A stretch of DNA of 51,975 bases. Origin: Aeriscardovia sp. Its GTDB lineage: Bacteria; Actinomycetota; Actinomycetes; Actinomycetales; Bifidobacteriaceae. The translations under genes and the position numbers were made by a program. Positions 29,721 through 38,812 of the stretch are shown piece after piece (position 1 is the first letter of the stretch; each line of letters starts with the position of its first letter). The notes under the pieces are model-generated. The model had not been told where the DNA came from, searched no databases, and worked only from the letters and a program-made list of their open reading frames with translations. The stretch is from assembly GCA_017537945.1 (NCBI GenBank), contig JAFYJT010000023.1, forward strand, positions 1-51,975, read 5' to 3'.

Positions 29721-29830
29721 ACGCTCTATTCCCCTTTGAATGAGTGTAAGTTCAAAATTAATAAAGACAAATTATATAGTACGTTACATAGTACGGTGCA
29801 AAACTATAGAGCCCTAGCGGGCAAATGCGC

Positions 29831-30844
29831 TTATTGCGGGATGGCTACATAGTTTGAAGAGGATTTAAGGATTGGAATCGTGGAAGCCATCCAGGGGAAA
29901 ACCCATGCGAAAAGGAGCGCTATGAGGCAGAAAATCCCCAGTATCAACAGAGCCCAGCGTACCGCCCTTACTCCAGGATTTATCCAGCGCAGGGCCGAAT
30001 AAATGCTGTAGGGCTTATTTCTTTTTCCTTGGGCGTTTTTCCTTGCGCTGGGCCACCTCCAAGTGACGGCGGCTGACGCGAAAACTATGAGCCAGGCTGC
30101 CAAAAGGAAATAGAAAATGGAACTGACGGGCGGAATGGAAGCGGTCCAGCTGTTAAAAGCAGCCGGGAAAGTGATTTCCCCGCCCGAGCCCTCTTGGGCC
30201 AGGGCGGCGGGAATTCCGTCTTTGACGTAGGCCCAGTACTTAAACTTTGCGTACACTATCCAGCGGTGGGTAGGAATTCCGTACCGGGGGGTGCAAGTAG
30301 TCAAAGTCATTAGGCGTTCGGTAGGCCTTGCCCCGGGCTGGTTGGGAACCGGATCTATGACCTGGGTTTGAGAAGGGAGCACTATCTGGTAGCTCTGGTA
30401 GGCGTATATGTACCAATACTGCGTAGTGCGAATTATAATCTCGTCCCCGGTTTTGAAACGTGCCACGTCCCCCAGGGGGGAGCCGTACCCTTCCCGGTGG
30501 CCGGCCAGCCCCACATTTCCTATGGCGCCAAACATGGGGGTGGATTCATAATGGCCCAATCCGTGCCTGTCCAACTGAACGAGGCTGGTTCCTTGGACAA
30601 TGAGCCTCTTATATTGGGATCCAAAGCAGGGGATGTAAATTTCACCCAAAATAGCCCCTGGGGTCTTCAAATTAGGGAGGATGGGGGGTGCGCCCGACTG
30701 GGGAGTGGCGATTTTGTACCCGTCCCCCCCGGTGCCCGGAGTTTCCCAGCTGACCGTATTAAATTCGTTGGTCTGGGTCCTTTCGGAAATTACCCCGGTC
30801 CAGCCTATTTGCCAAATGGCGTAAAGGATGCACAGAGCAGCCAA
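29831..30844 (-). CDS. class E (housekeeping-type) sortase, with a C-terminal two-TM extension
   Basis: Catalytic TLTTCTP motif and upstream His context LAGHREGYG. The TTG 30844 start truncates an obvious in-frame basic-plus-TM N-terminus, so the true start is probably at 30928 (see findings). Confidence 0.85.
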   Translation of the reverse strand: MAALCILYAIWQIGWTGVISERTQTNEFNTVSWETPGTGGDGYKIATPQSGAPPILPNLKTPGAILGEIYIPCFGSQYKRLIVQGTSLVQLDRHGLGHYESTPMFGAIGNVGLAGHREGYGSPLGDVARFKTGDEIIIRTTQYWYIYAYQSYQIVLPSQTQVIDPVPNQPGARPTERLMTLTTCTPRYGIPTHRWIVYAKFKYWAYVKDGIPAALAQEGSGGEITFPAAFNSWTASIPPVSSIFYFLLAAWLIVFASAAVTWRWPSARKNAQGKRNKPYSIYSALRWINPGVRAVRWALLILGIFCLIALLFAWVFPWMASTIPILKSSSNYVAIPQ

Positions 30845-31013
30845 GGTGAGAAGGATTTCCCCTATCGCCCCTATTGTCGTGAAGGCCTTCTTCCTCTTAC
30901 CGCGGTGTTTGGATTTAGCCCTAATAATTGCGCCTCCATCACAATCGACATGAATCCCAATTCTATTGAATCATGCAGATTGACTACACTATATAAAGAT
31001 ACTAAGGAGGTTT

Positions 31014-31379
31014 ATGAAAAACGAGGAAGAGGAAAGGAACGAGGGGGGGACACAAGAAGAAAAGCCCGAATTCGATAAGGTAGACGCCCTTCTCAACCCG
31101 GATGCCTCCTCTGAGGATATGCCTGCAAGCATTCGAAGGCTTATGGAGAGGCAGGAAGATAATGACAAACGCATTAAAAAGGCTATAAAGAAGACCAGGA
31201 CCAATCCCAAATGGTTTGTCCCGGTTTTTGCCGCGCTATTGGTAATAGGCTTGGCCTGGGTGGTGGTAAACTATGTCACTTCCGGACGATACCCCATTCC
31301 CGCCATTAGGAACTGGAACCTGCTAATAGGATTTGGCTTGATGTTTGTAGGATTTGTTATGACTATGTGGTGGAGATAG
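31014..31379 (+). CDS. crgA: cell division protein CrgA
   Basis: TAAGGAGG-TTT-ATG start. Two C-terminal TM helices with the CrgA pattern PKWFVPVF...GLAWVVVNY...NLLIGFGLMFVGFVMTMWW. Confidence 0.85.
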   Translation: MKNEEEERNEGGTQEEKPEFDKVDALLNPDASSEDMPASIRRLMERQEDNDKRIKKAIKKTRTNPKWFVPVFAALLVIGLAWVVVNYVTSGRYPIPAIRNWNLLIGFGLMFVGFVMTMWWR

Positions 31380-31457
31380 GGCGGAGTTGGGATTTCTTCA
31401 TTAGAATCTATTAAGATCTATACTAGAAGGCCATTCGCACTGAAGAGGAGGCTGGCA

Positions 31458-31670
31458 ATGAAGTCAGGTTTTTGGAAATTTCTAGCCATCGTGTTTGGCG
31501 CCCTGTTGGCAGCAGTTTTGGGGCGCTACATATACTCTCAAAAGCATCCGAAAAACGATCCGTGGGAGGAATCGTGGGAAAACAGTTCCTCTCCCGTAGA
31601 CTTAGGACTTGACGAAGATTCCGATGAAGCCGAAGAGGACGGATCTGACAAGGACGAATCAAAGGCTTAA
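31458..31670 (+). CDS. small membrane protein with one N-terminal TM and an acidic tail (70 aa)
   Basis: GAGGAGG-CTGGCA-ATG start. The TM segment FLAIVFGALLAAVLG is followed by a D/E/S-rich tail. No family recognised. Confidence 0.5.
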   Translation: MKSGFWKFLAIVFGALLAAVLGRYIYSQKHPKNDPWEESWENSSSPVDLGLDEDSDEAEEDGSDKDESKA

Positions 31671-32052
31671 CGCCCAACCTCCCTTCCTGGCCCCCTTGGA
31701 GCTTAGGGAGTGCGTAGCCGGGCTTAGAGGGGGGAGATTTGACTCTCTTCCGCCCTCCCTCGTTGGGAAGGCCGTCAGGTTTTGCATTTCCCTTTTGAGG
31801 GAGAAGTGCCCCGGAGAAAGTATCGAGGTCAGGGTGGTGCCGTTTGCCGCTTGCAAGGTGCTTTCAGGATCTAAATCTGATCCTCATAATCTGATGCCTC
31901 CCGACTTTTTGGAAGTGGGACCCGAAGCCTTTTTAGATCTCTCTTTTGGACTTAAAGGCTGGGAAGAGATCGAAAGAGGGCTGAATTTTCCCCCATTTTC
32001 CCGTGCTAAAGAGCTCGAGCCTTTCTTCCCCCTCCTCTCGCCAAAGAAGTGA
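31609..32052 (+). CDS. sterol-carrier-family-like protein (start uncertain)
   Basis: VRFCISLLREKCPGESIEVRVVPFAACKVL...PPDFLEVGPEAFLDL resembles the actinobacterial sterol carrier family protein pattern (from memory). Candidate starts are TTG 31609, ATG 31624, CTG 31687 and TTG 31696. Confidence 0.5.
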   Translation: MTKIPMKPKRTDLTRTNQRLNAQPPFLAPLELRECVAGLRGGRFDSLPPSLVGKAVRFCISLLREKCPGESIEVRVVPFAACKVLSGSKSDPHNLMPPDFLEVGPEAFLDLSFGLKGWEEIERGLNFPPFSRAKELEPFFPLLSPKK

Positions 32053-32519
32053 AAGTGCAGGATCGCGGACCGCAAGAGGAAGATTCCAGCAATCTTGAAA
32101 CTACGGAGAACTCTGTTTACACCGACGACTACCAGACTGAAGACGCCTTTTCGCAAATTCCAGCTTCAAATGAGTTTGTAGAAGAGGAAACGCAGGAGCT
32201 GTCCTCTGTTCCTTCTGGGGCAGGGGGCGCTGGGAACCGCAAGGGTGCCGCAGAGGCATTTCCAAAAATAGAAAAGCTCCAAACCTTTAGGGAAAAACCA
32301 AAAAGACAGCGCCATAAAAAAGAGCGAGTAGCCAAAGACAAACCAAAAAAGAGCTGCAAAGTTTTAAAGGGAGGTTTTTTGTTGTCAGTTGCGGCCCCCT
32401 TGAGCAAACTGGCAAGCATCGTCAAACACTCCTCGAAGGAGGCCACTTTTGTCGCTTTAGGGACCGCCATACTTTCCGCTTTCCTAATCATACTCGGCTT
32501 TATAAGCCTGCACGTCTAG
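32049..32519 (+). CDS. hypothetical tail-anchored membrane protein (156 aa)
   Basis: GTG start overlaps the upstream stop (GTGA). Acidic N-terminus, K/R-rich centre, single C-terminal TM. No SD, no family recognised. Confidence 0.4.
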   Translation: MKVQDRGPQEEDSSNLETTENSVYTDDYQTEDAFSQIPASNEFVEEETQELSSVPSGAGGAGNRKGAAEAFPKIEKLQTFREKPKRQRHKKERVAKDKPKKSCKVLKGGFLLSVAAPLSKLASIVKHSSKEATFVALGTAILSAFLIILGFISLHV

Positions 32520-32530
32520 ATTGGATTCAA

Positions 32531-33544
32531 ATGATATCTGCAGAAGAAGTCACACGCGAAGAATTTGACGAAATTGCCAGGAAGTCAAATATCTCCCTTC
32601 CGATAGAGCAGAGCACTTATTGGATCAAATATCAGTCCCACATAAGCGGCAGATCCCAATGGAGGGGCCAGGAGGGGGGCGGGAACTTAATTTTTAGGAA
32701 CGGGGACCGCGTGATGGCTCTGGGAGTGTTTTTGGAATTTCAAACTCACGGCTACAGATACCTCGTTTGCCAGCACGGCCCGGTATGGGCCGGAGAATAC
32801 ACCGTCCAGGATGAAGAAAATCTTGCGAGAGTGCTTTCGGGGTTTGTAAGAAAAATGGACAAAAGCATAGTTTTTGCAAGGATCTCCCTGCGCGACGAAA
32901 TACCGCAGAGCGCCCCCCTGCTTTCAACGGTTACTTACGATTCCACAGTGGTGGTAAAGCTTTACAAAAATCCCGAAGAAATACTTGCGGAAATGAAGCC
33001 GAGAGGAAGAAGGGACGTGAGGAAGGCCGGAAGGGAATGCAAGGCCGAATGTTCAGATGAAACAAAGCTGGCCTATGAAGATTTTTCCCCCTATTATCCT
33101 GTAATGGAGGAAACGGCCAAAAGGGACGGTTTTGTCCCAATGCCCTCCAAAAATTATGAAGAAATGCTCACAATCTTAGGCTATGACCACTGCAGGCTCT
33201 TTGCAGCTCGGGAAGAGGGAAAAATCAGGGCATGGTCGATAATAACCCTGAATTCCGGATTGGCCGTGAGGTACTACGCAGCCATGCAAAGCAGTGCAAT
33301 GCGAATGCACGTAACAGATAAACTCCTTTTCACAGAGTGCTGCGTCCTGGGGGAACAAGGGATTGGCAGGTACGATCTTATGGGGATAGGGAGCGATTTT
33401 TCCCCCACCTTGAAGGGGCTCAATGAGTTTAAAACGAAATTTAGCAAGGATGTAGAAAAGGTTCCGCCTAGCCGAGACATACCGATACACAAGACTTTTT
33501 ACAGCGCCCTCAGGGCCGCAAAAAAGCTGAAAAATAAAATCTGA
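32531..33544 (+). CDS. FemAB-family peptidoglycan interpeptide-bridge aminoacyltransferase
   Basis: Length and pattern fit lipid II aminoacyl transferases (RRDVRKA; YYAAM...R; YDLMGIG; GLNEFKTKF). Confidence 0.8.
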   Translation: MISAEEVTREEFDEIARKSNISLPIEQSTYWIKYQSHISGRSQWRGQEGGGNLIFRNGDRVMALGVFLEFQTHGYRYLVCQHGPVWAGEYTVQDEENLARVLSGFVRKMDKSIVFARISLRDEIPQSAPLLSTVTYDSTVVVKLYKNPEEILAEMKPRGRRDVRKAGRECKAECSDETKLAYEDFSPYYPVMEETAKRDGFVPMPSKNYEEMLTILGYDHCRLFAAREEGKIRAWSIITLNSGLAVRYYAAMQSSAMRMHVTDKLLFTECCVLGEQGIGRYDLMGIGSDFSPTLKGLNEFKTKFSKDVEKVPPSRDIPIHKTFYSALRAAKKLKNKI

Positions 33545-33556
33545 CCACCAGCTGTG

Positions 33557-34126
33557 TCAGAATCCGCACAGTTCCTTGTTTTCCTTCATCCCCCCTATAC
33601 AAATATCTACAACCTCTTCTAAAGGCATCCCCAGCATTTCGCACCCTTGCAGAATGTGATCCCTGTCGATTTTGGCTGAAAAACGTTTGTCTTTAAACTT
33701 CTTGAGTACAGACTTTTTTGTGCAGTCCTCAATGGACTTTGAAGGATAGACGAGGCAGGCGGCATTTATGAGGCCCGAGAGTTCATCTACAGTAAAGAGG
33801 GATTTTTCCATTTCAGATTCCGGCTTTTCCTGGGTTCTTTCTCCCCATGCATGGCACAGCATCGCCCGTATATAAAGGGGATCTATCCCTCTTTCTTCCA
33901 TGATCTCTTTGGCCTTGATGCAGTGCTGATCGGGGTACATCTCATAATCCAGATCATGAAGCATGCCGGCAATTTGCCATGCCTTTTCGTCTTGTCCAAA
34001 ATGCCTGGCCATGGCCTGCATGCAACTTTCCACCTGCCTGGCGTGCTTCCTAAGGGCCTCCCCTTTGGTATACTCGCACAAAAGCTCCCAAGCTTCAGGC
34101 TCACTCAATTCTTCCGTCATATCCAC
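33557..34126 (-). CDS. HD-domain phosphohydrolase
   Basis: H...HD motif (HARQVE...MLHDLDYE). GAGGTGGAT-ATG start. Confidence 0.85.
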   Translation of the reverse strand: MDMTEELSEPEAWELLCEYTKGEALRKHARQVESCMQAMARHFGQDEKAWQIAGMLHDLDYEMYPDQHCIKAKEIMEERGIDPLYIRAMLCHAWGERTQEKPESEMEKSLFTVDELSGLINAACLVYPSKSIEDCTKKSVLKKFKDKRFSAKIDRDHILQGCEMLGMPLEEVVDICIGGMKENKELCGF

Positions 34127-34281
34127 CTCGCAGACGTTAAATCCTCCGGGAAAAGGGGAAGAAGCACCGGCCGAGAAAAATATCTTCCCCTTTTTTAAAA
34201 CAGTTTAGTTTTACCAAGGAACTATTGAGCATAAATCAGCCTCTTTCAAGCCCGGAGCCAATTTAAGATTTTCTAGAGGGC

Positions 34282-34312
34282 AAAAAATAAATGACCGCCC
34301 CAAAGGACGGCC
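34282..34312 (-). terminator. rho-independent terminator downstream of tRNA-Gly
   Basis: Minus strand reads GGCCGTCC-TTTG-GGGCGGTC (8 bp, two G-U pairs), then ATTTATTTTTTG. An extra perfect 7-bp hairpin (34335..34354) lies between the tRNA and this element. Confidence 0.5.
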
Positions 34313-34363
34313 TTTCAAAGCCTAATGCTTCTCTGCAGGCCTTACGAGGCCTGCCCTCATTAG

Positions 34364-34434
34364 AGCGGACGACGGGAATCGAACCCGCCTCTGAAGCTTG
34401 GGAAGCTTCCATTCTACCAATGAACTACGTCCGC
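34364..34434 (-). tRNA. tRNA-Gly (anticodon CCC)
   Basis: Hand-folded cloverleaf. Acceptor GCGGACG/CGTCCGC, D arm GTTC-ATTGGTA-GAAT, anticodon arm GAAGC-TTCCCAA-GCTTC, T arm GCGGG-TTCGATT-CCCGT. CCA is not encoded. Confidence 0.92.
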
Positions 34435-34524
34435 CACTGTGTATACAAAAGTCCCCGAACACTCAGGTCGATCAAAACCGATGAGTGGACAGTTACAGGA
34501 AAAAGTATATAAGACCTTTATGTA

Positions 34525-35844
34525 TTAGGCAAGGCCTGAAATTCTCTTCATTTCGCAGGCCGATCCCACTTTTACGCTTTTCTTATTGTCGGGCTTGCCC
34601 AAACGGGCCTCGTAGCCCTCCAAAAGGAACCAGCCTTCCTTGTTTGTAAAAGGAATGCCGCGCTCCTTCAGAAATTCTTCAATGGGGGAGGCGTCGATCG
34701 GGCCCTGCCCGGATTGGCTCCAATCCGAAAGGATTAAATCTACCGTCTGGGACGCATCAGCCTTTGTGGCTCCGATTAGGCCTTTAGATCCCCTCTTCGC
34801 CCACCCGGCTACGTAAACTTTCCTCCCTATCCTGCCCCCCTCATTAGGTATGATCCCTTTGGAGCCATCAAATGGGAGATCGGGCAATTTCTGGCTTCTC
34901 CACCCTACGGCGCTTATGCACAGCCTCGTCTTCAAACAAAAAGCGCCTTTCGGCTCCCCTCCTTCGTTTCTTGAAATTTCAAGCGCTTCCAAACGCCCTT
35001 CAGGAGCAAAGAGTGCGGAAACAAAGGAGGAAAAATGCATATAGGCCCTCTTTGGACTTCCTTCCGCGCCCGGGCTTTCCAGTTCGTTTTTCACTTCCTT
35101 CGCGGCCTTTTCATCCGGCTCGAAGCTTTTTAGGCTGTCCTTTGAAAACTCATCCAAAATCAACCTGCCGCATCCTTTAAGCTGCCGGATTTGCTGGGCC
35201 GAAAATTTATTTCCCCCCACCCCGCGGCGAATGAAAATATGGACCTCTTCAATACGGCTGGAGGCTAACCTTGACCAGACTTCATAAGGCATGTCGGTCT
35301 TGGAAAGCGTATAAGGATCCTGAAGGAGGATTCTAGCTACGTCCAGTGCGGTGTTCCCGCCCCCTATTACCGCCGCCGCCCGGCTATTAAGAAGCGGGGG
35401 CGCAAAGCCTGGCAGGGAATTGTACCACCCGGCAATTTGCCCGGCCCCAAGCACCCCCTCAATTTTTTCCTGCCCCAGCCTCCAGCTTCCGTCTTCCCCT
35501 GCGCCTGTGGCAAAAATAAGCGCATCATAACGGGGAAGAAGATCTCCCAATGCCATATCTTTTCCGTAACAGACATTGCAGTATAAGCTTATTTCTTTTG
35601 CTTCAAGCACCCGGTCCAAGGCTTGGGAAATGCTCTTTATAGCCGGATGGTCGGGAGCCACCCCATATCGCACGAGCCCGTAAGGGGCTGGATTTTTTTC
35701 AAAAACGTCTATATGTACTGCTGCAGGCAGCCCCAGGAGGGGCGCTTTTTCCTTAAGCCTTTTTATGAGAATGTCCGAGGCGTAAACGCCGGCAGGCCCC
35801 GCCCCCACTACGGCTACTTTCCATTCCCTGCCTTTTTCCTGCAT
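34525..35844 (-). CDS. FprA/adrenodoxin-reductase-type NADPH:ferredoxin oxidoreductase
   Basis: FAD-binding VAVVGAGPAGVYA, plus VRYGVAPDHP, an NADP-binding GGGNTALD site and GWAKRGSKGLIGATKADA. Confidence 0.85.
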   Translation of the reverse strand: MQEKGREWKVAVVGAGPAGVYASDILIKRLKEKAPLLGLPAAVHIDVFEKNPAPYGLVRYGVAPDHPAIKSISQALDRVLEAKEISLYCNVCYGKDMALGDLLPRYDALIFATGAGEDGSWRLGQEKIEGVLGAGQIAGWYNSLPGFAPPLLNSRAAAVIGGGNTALDVARILLQDPYTLSKTDMPYEVWSRLASSRIEEVHIFIRRGVGGNKFSAQQIRQLKGCGRLILDEFSKDSLKSFEPDEKAAKEVKNELESPGAEGSPKRAYMHFSSFVSALFAPEGRLEALEISRNEGGEPKGAFCLKTRLCISAVGWRSQKLPDLPFDGSKGIIPNEGGRIGRKVYVAGWAKRGSKGLIGATKADASQTVDLILSDWSQSGQGPIDASPIEEFLKERGIPFTNKEGWFLLEGYEARLGKPDNKKSVKVGSACEMKRISGLA

Positions 35845-35903
35845 CTTCCTCCCTCAAAATAAAAATACGGGGAACCCTCCCCGTATTTACTTTACTTTTG
35901 GCT

Positions 35904-37412
35904 TTAAAACAGGCCGAATGGGTCTAACAGGCCGTAGTCCTGGTAGCTCCTTTTCTGCTGGGAAGTGGAGTTGGTGGTAAGTTGCTCCACTTTATTCATG
36001 GTGCACGAAAGGTTTATCACCTTTCCGTCCCTTATCACCGTCAGCTTTATAACCTGCCCTAAAGTGGCAGTCCTGACATATCCCAGGAGGGAATACATGC
36101 TTCCTACCGACTGGCCGTCATACCCTATGATGACGTCCCCGGCCCTAAGGCCTGCCCTGGATCCGGGGGTGTTGGGTTGGACGGAGACAACTTTGGCCCC
36201 CGCCCTCGTCACGTTGCCTGCGGTGCCCGTGCCCGTGCTCACGGTAATGCCTATTTCAACGTGGGTGGCATGGCCGTCTTTTAGAATTTCGTTCGCGATC
36301 TGTTGGACCAGATTGGAAGGTATTGCAAAGCCGATGCCGATGGACCCGGATTGGGAATCGCCGGAGGAAGAGGAAGAAGACAGGGTGGCTATAGAAGAAT
36401 TTATCCCTATGACGTCCCCAGCGGCGTCAAAGGTGGGTCCGCCTGAGTTTCCGGGGTTTATAGCTGCCGAAATCTGGATAGCGTTGGTGACTATGTTGCT
36501 CTCTGTCGCATCCGAAACTTCCACCGGCCTGTTTAGGGCCGAAATAATGCCGGTAGTGGCCGTATTTTCATACCCCAGAGGATTTCCTATAGACATCACC
36601 CTTTCGCCTACCGCAAGGTCGTCGGAATTTGCAAAAGTCACCGGTTGGAGATCGGAGGGTGCATTTTGAAGCTGAATTACGGCCAGATCGGTAGTCGGAT
36701 CCGTGCCTAGGACTTTGGCCGAATACATATTGCCGTTGCTCAGGGTCACTTCTATGGATTCCGCCTCTTCTATAACATGGTCGTTGGTTACTATATCCCC
36801 CGACTTGTTATAGATAATGCCCGATCCCTTGGCTATCCCATTGGAAAGCTGCACGGTGATTGCGACTACCGAGGAAGCGACCTTTTTGTTGACGGCTTTC
36901 CAATCCGGCGCTTCCTGGCCTGTCACCTTTACCGTTCCTTCGGCCCCGCTGGAAGGCTGGAGGGAAGAAATCGAAGACTGTTCGGGCACGGTTATGACCC
37001 CTCCCCTTATCAGCCCCCAGCCTATCAAAAGGACGATTATCCCCGTAATCACGGCAGTAATAATGGCTACAAACCAGCCTTTGTTCAGTACGGATCCTCC
37101 GGATTTGTCGCGGTTGGACGGCCCCTGGGGGCGAAAACCCCCGCCGGAGGGAGGGACGGGCGAAGCGCCGCCAGGACGGAAGTCGCCCGGAGCTCCCTGC
37201 TGCCCGTAAGGCGGATAGCCGTATTGGCCTCCCTGCCCATATCCGTATTGGGGCGGCCGGGACTGAGGCTGGGGGGCCGGAGGATAATAAGGGGCCTGGG
37301 GGCCTTCCGCCCCGCTCCTCTGCGCCCCTCCAGGCGCTGGGGGATTTGAATTTACGCCAGAATCGCTGCGAGGTCCCTCATCGTGCGGCCCCTCGTCCTC
37401 TCTTTGAGCCAT
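35904..37412 (-). CDS. htrA: HtrA/DegP-family trypsin-like serine protease with PDZ domain
   Basis: P/G/Q/Y-rich N-terminus, one TM, catalytic triad contexts (TNDHV, DLAV, GNSGGP) and a C-terminal PDZ domain. Confidence 0.9.
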   Translation of the reverse strand: MAQREDEGPHDEGPRSDSGVNSNPPAPGGAQRSGAEGPQAPYYPPAPQPQSRPPQYGYGQGGQYGYPPYGQQGAPGDFRPGGASPVPPSGGGFRPQGPSNRDKSGGSVLNKGWFVAIITAVITGIIVLLIGWGLIRGGVITVPEQSSISSLQPSSGAEGTVKVTGQEAPDWKAVNKKVASSVVAITVQLSNGIAKGSGIIYNKSGDIVTNDHVIEEAESIEVTLSNGNMYSAKVLGTDPTTDLAVIQLQNAPSDLQPVTFANSDDLAVGERVMSIGNPLGYENTATTGIISALNRPVEVSDATESNIVTNAIQISAAINPGNSGGPTFDAAGDVIGINSSIATLSSSSSSGDSQSGSIGIGFAIPSNLVQQIANEILKDGHATHVEIGITVSTGTGTAGNVTRAGAKVVSVQPNTPGSRAGLRAGDVIIGYDGQSVGSMYSLLGYVRTATLGQVIKLTVIRDGKVINLSCTMNKVEQLTTNSTSQQKRSYQDYGLLDPFGLF

Positions 37413-37573
37413 TTCGCTCGCCCTTTCTGCTTGGAGGCTGAGTTTTGCAACAAATATTTTTATTTTATTTTCTAAAAAATAGATTATGGGACAAATTTTA
37501 GAAAGTATCTAGAAAACGTTCAGAAAAATTTCAAGTTAATAAACCAAGGGCCGTCCTAATAGAATTGGTGAAT

Positions 37574-38812
37574 ATGAACAAACCCTTTTATTTTTCGCTC
37601 TCAAAACGTCTGCCGCAGTCTGGAAAAGGATTGGGCAAAGGAGGGAAGAGGCACGGGAGGAGCGGGATAATCCACACCCCCCATGGGGACATCTTCACCC
37701 CCGCCTTCATCCCGGTAGCCACCCAGGCCGCAATAAAAGGCGTGCTGTCAGACAAAATGGAGGAACTTGGCGCCCAGGTCCTCCTTTCCAATGCGTTCCA
37801 TTTGCACGAGAGGCCGGGAGAAGAAGTAATAGAAGCGATGGGCGGCCTTGGAAAATTTATGAATTGGAGCCGCCCCACTTACACCGATTCAGGCGGCTTC
37901 CAGGTCCTTTCGCTCGGATCGGGGTTCAAAAAGATCCTCGCCATGGACGTTTCGGGCCTTTCCAAAGGAGATATAGTGGCGGAAACCAGGGAGAGGCGCG
38001 CCTTTGTGGACGAAGACGGAGTGGACTTCAAGTCCCCCTTGAACGGGGCCAAGGACAGGTTTTCGGCCGAAATCTCCATAGGAATCCAGCACAAAATCGG
38101 GGCAGACGTCATATTTGCTTTCGACGAACTGACAACGCTCGTAGACCCCAGGTCTTATCAGGAAGAGTCGTTGGAAAGGACGTTTAGATGGGCCAAAAGG
38201 TGCGTGGCCGAGCATGAGAGGCTGAGCTCGCAAAGGGGGGGCAAGCCGTATCAGGCCCTCTTCGGAGTGCTGCAGGGGGCCAATTACGAGGATCTTAGAA
38301 GGAAGGCGGCCCTGCAAATTTCCAGCCTCAACGTCGACGGGTTCGGAATTGGCGGAGCCTTGGAAAAGAAAATTTTAGGCCAGATTTGCGCATGGGTCGC
38401 AGACGAGCTTCCTGAAGACAAGCCTAGGCACATTCTGGGCATCGCCGCCGTAGACGATGTGTTTGCAGGCGTCGAAAATGGGGGGGATACTTTCGACTGC
38501 GTGCTCCCGGCCCGGTGCGGAAGGAATGGGGCGATTTATACGCATTCCGGGCGCTACAACGTCACGCGGGCCGCCTTTTTGTATGATGCCCGCCCCTTGG
38601 AAGAAGGATGCAGGTGCTACGCCTGCACGCACTACTCCAGGTCTTATGTCCGCCACCTTTTAAGGTGCAAGGAAATGGACGGCAGCACCCTGGCCACAAT
38701 CCACAACGAATACTTCTTCGTTCACCTCCTCGATGACATAAGGGCCTCTATAGAAGGAGGGTATTTTGACGAATTTAAAGAAAGCGCTCTAAGGCGCTTT
38801 TACAATTCCTGA
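37574..38812 (+). CDS. tgt: tRNA-guanine transglycosylase (queuine tRNA-ribosyltransferase)
   Basis: TDSGGFQV, the catalytic-Asp region and the zinc site CRCYACTHYSRSYVRHL. ATG 37574 chosen; TTG 37565 is also possible. Confidence 0.9.
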   Translation: MNKPFYFSLSKRLPQSGKGLGKGGKRHGRSGIIHTPHGDIFTPAFIPVATQAAIKGVLSDKMEELGAQVLLSNAFHLHERPGEEVIEAMGGLGKFMNWSRPTYTDSGGFQVLSLGSGFKKILAMDVSGLSKGDIVAETRERRAFVDEDGVDFKSPLNGAKDRFSAEISIGIQHKIGADVIFAFDELTTLVDPRSYQEESLERTFRWAKRCVAEHERLSSQRGGKPYQALFGVLQGANYEDLRRKAALQISSLNVDGFGIGGALEKKILGQICAWVADELPEDKPRHILGIAAVDDVFAGVENGGDTFDCVLPARCGRNGAIYTHSGRYNVTRAAFLYDARPLEEGCRCYACTHYSRSYVRHLLRCKEMDGSTLATIHNEYFFVHLLDDIRASIEGGYFDEFKESALRRFYNS

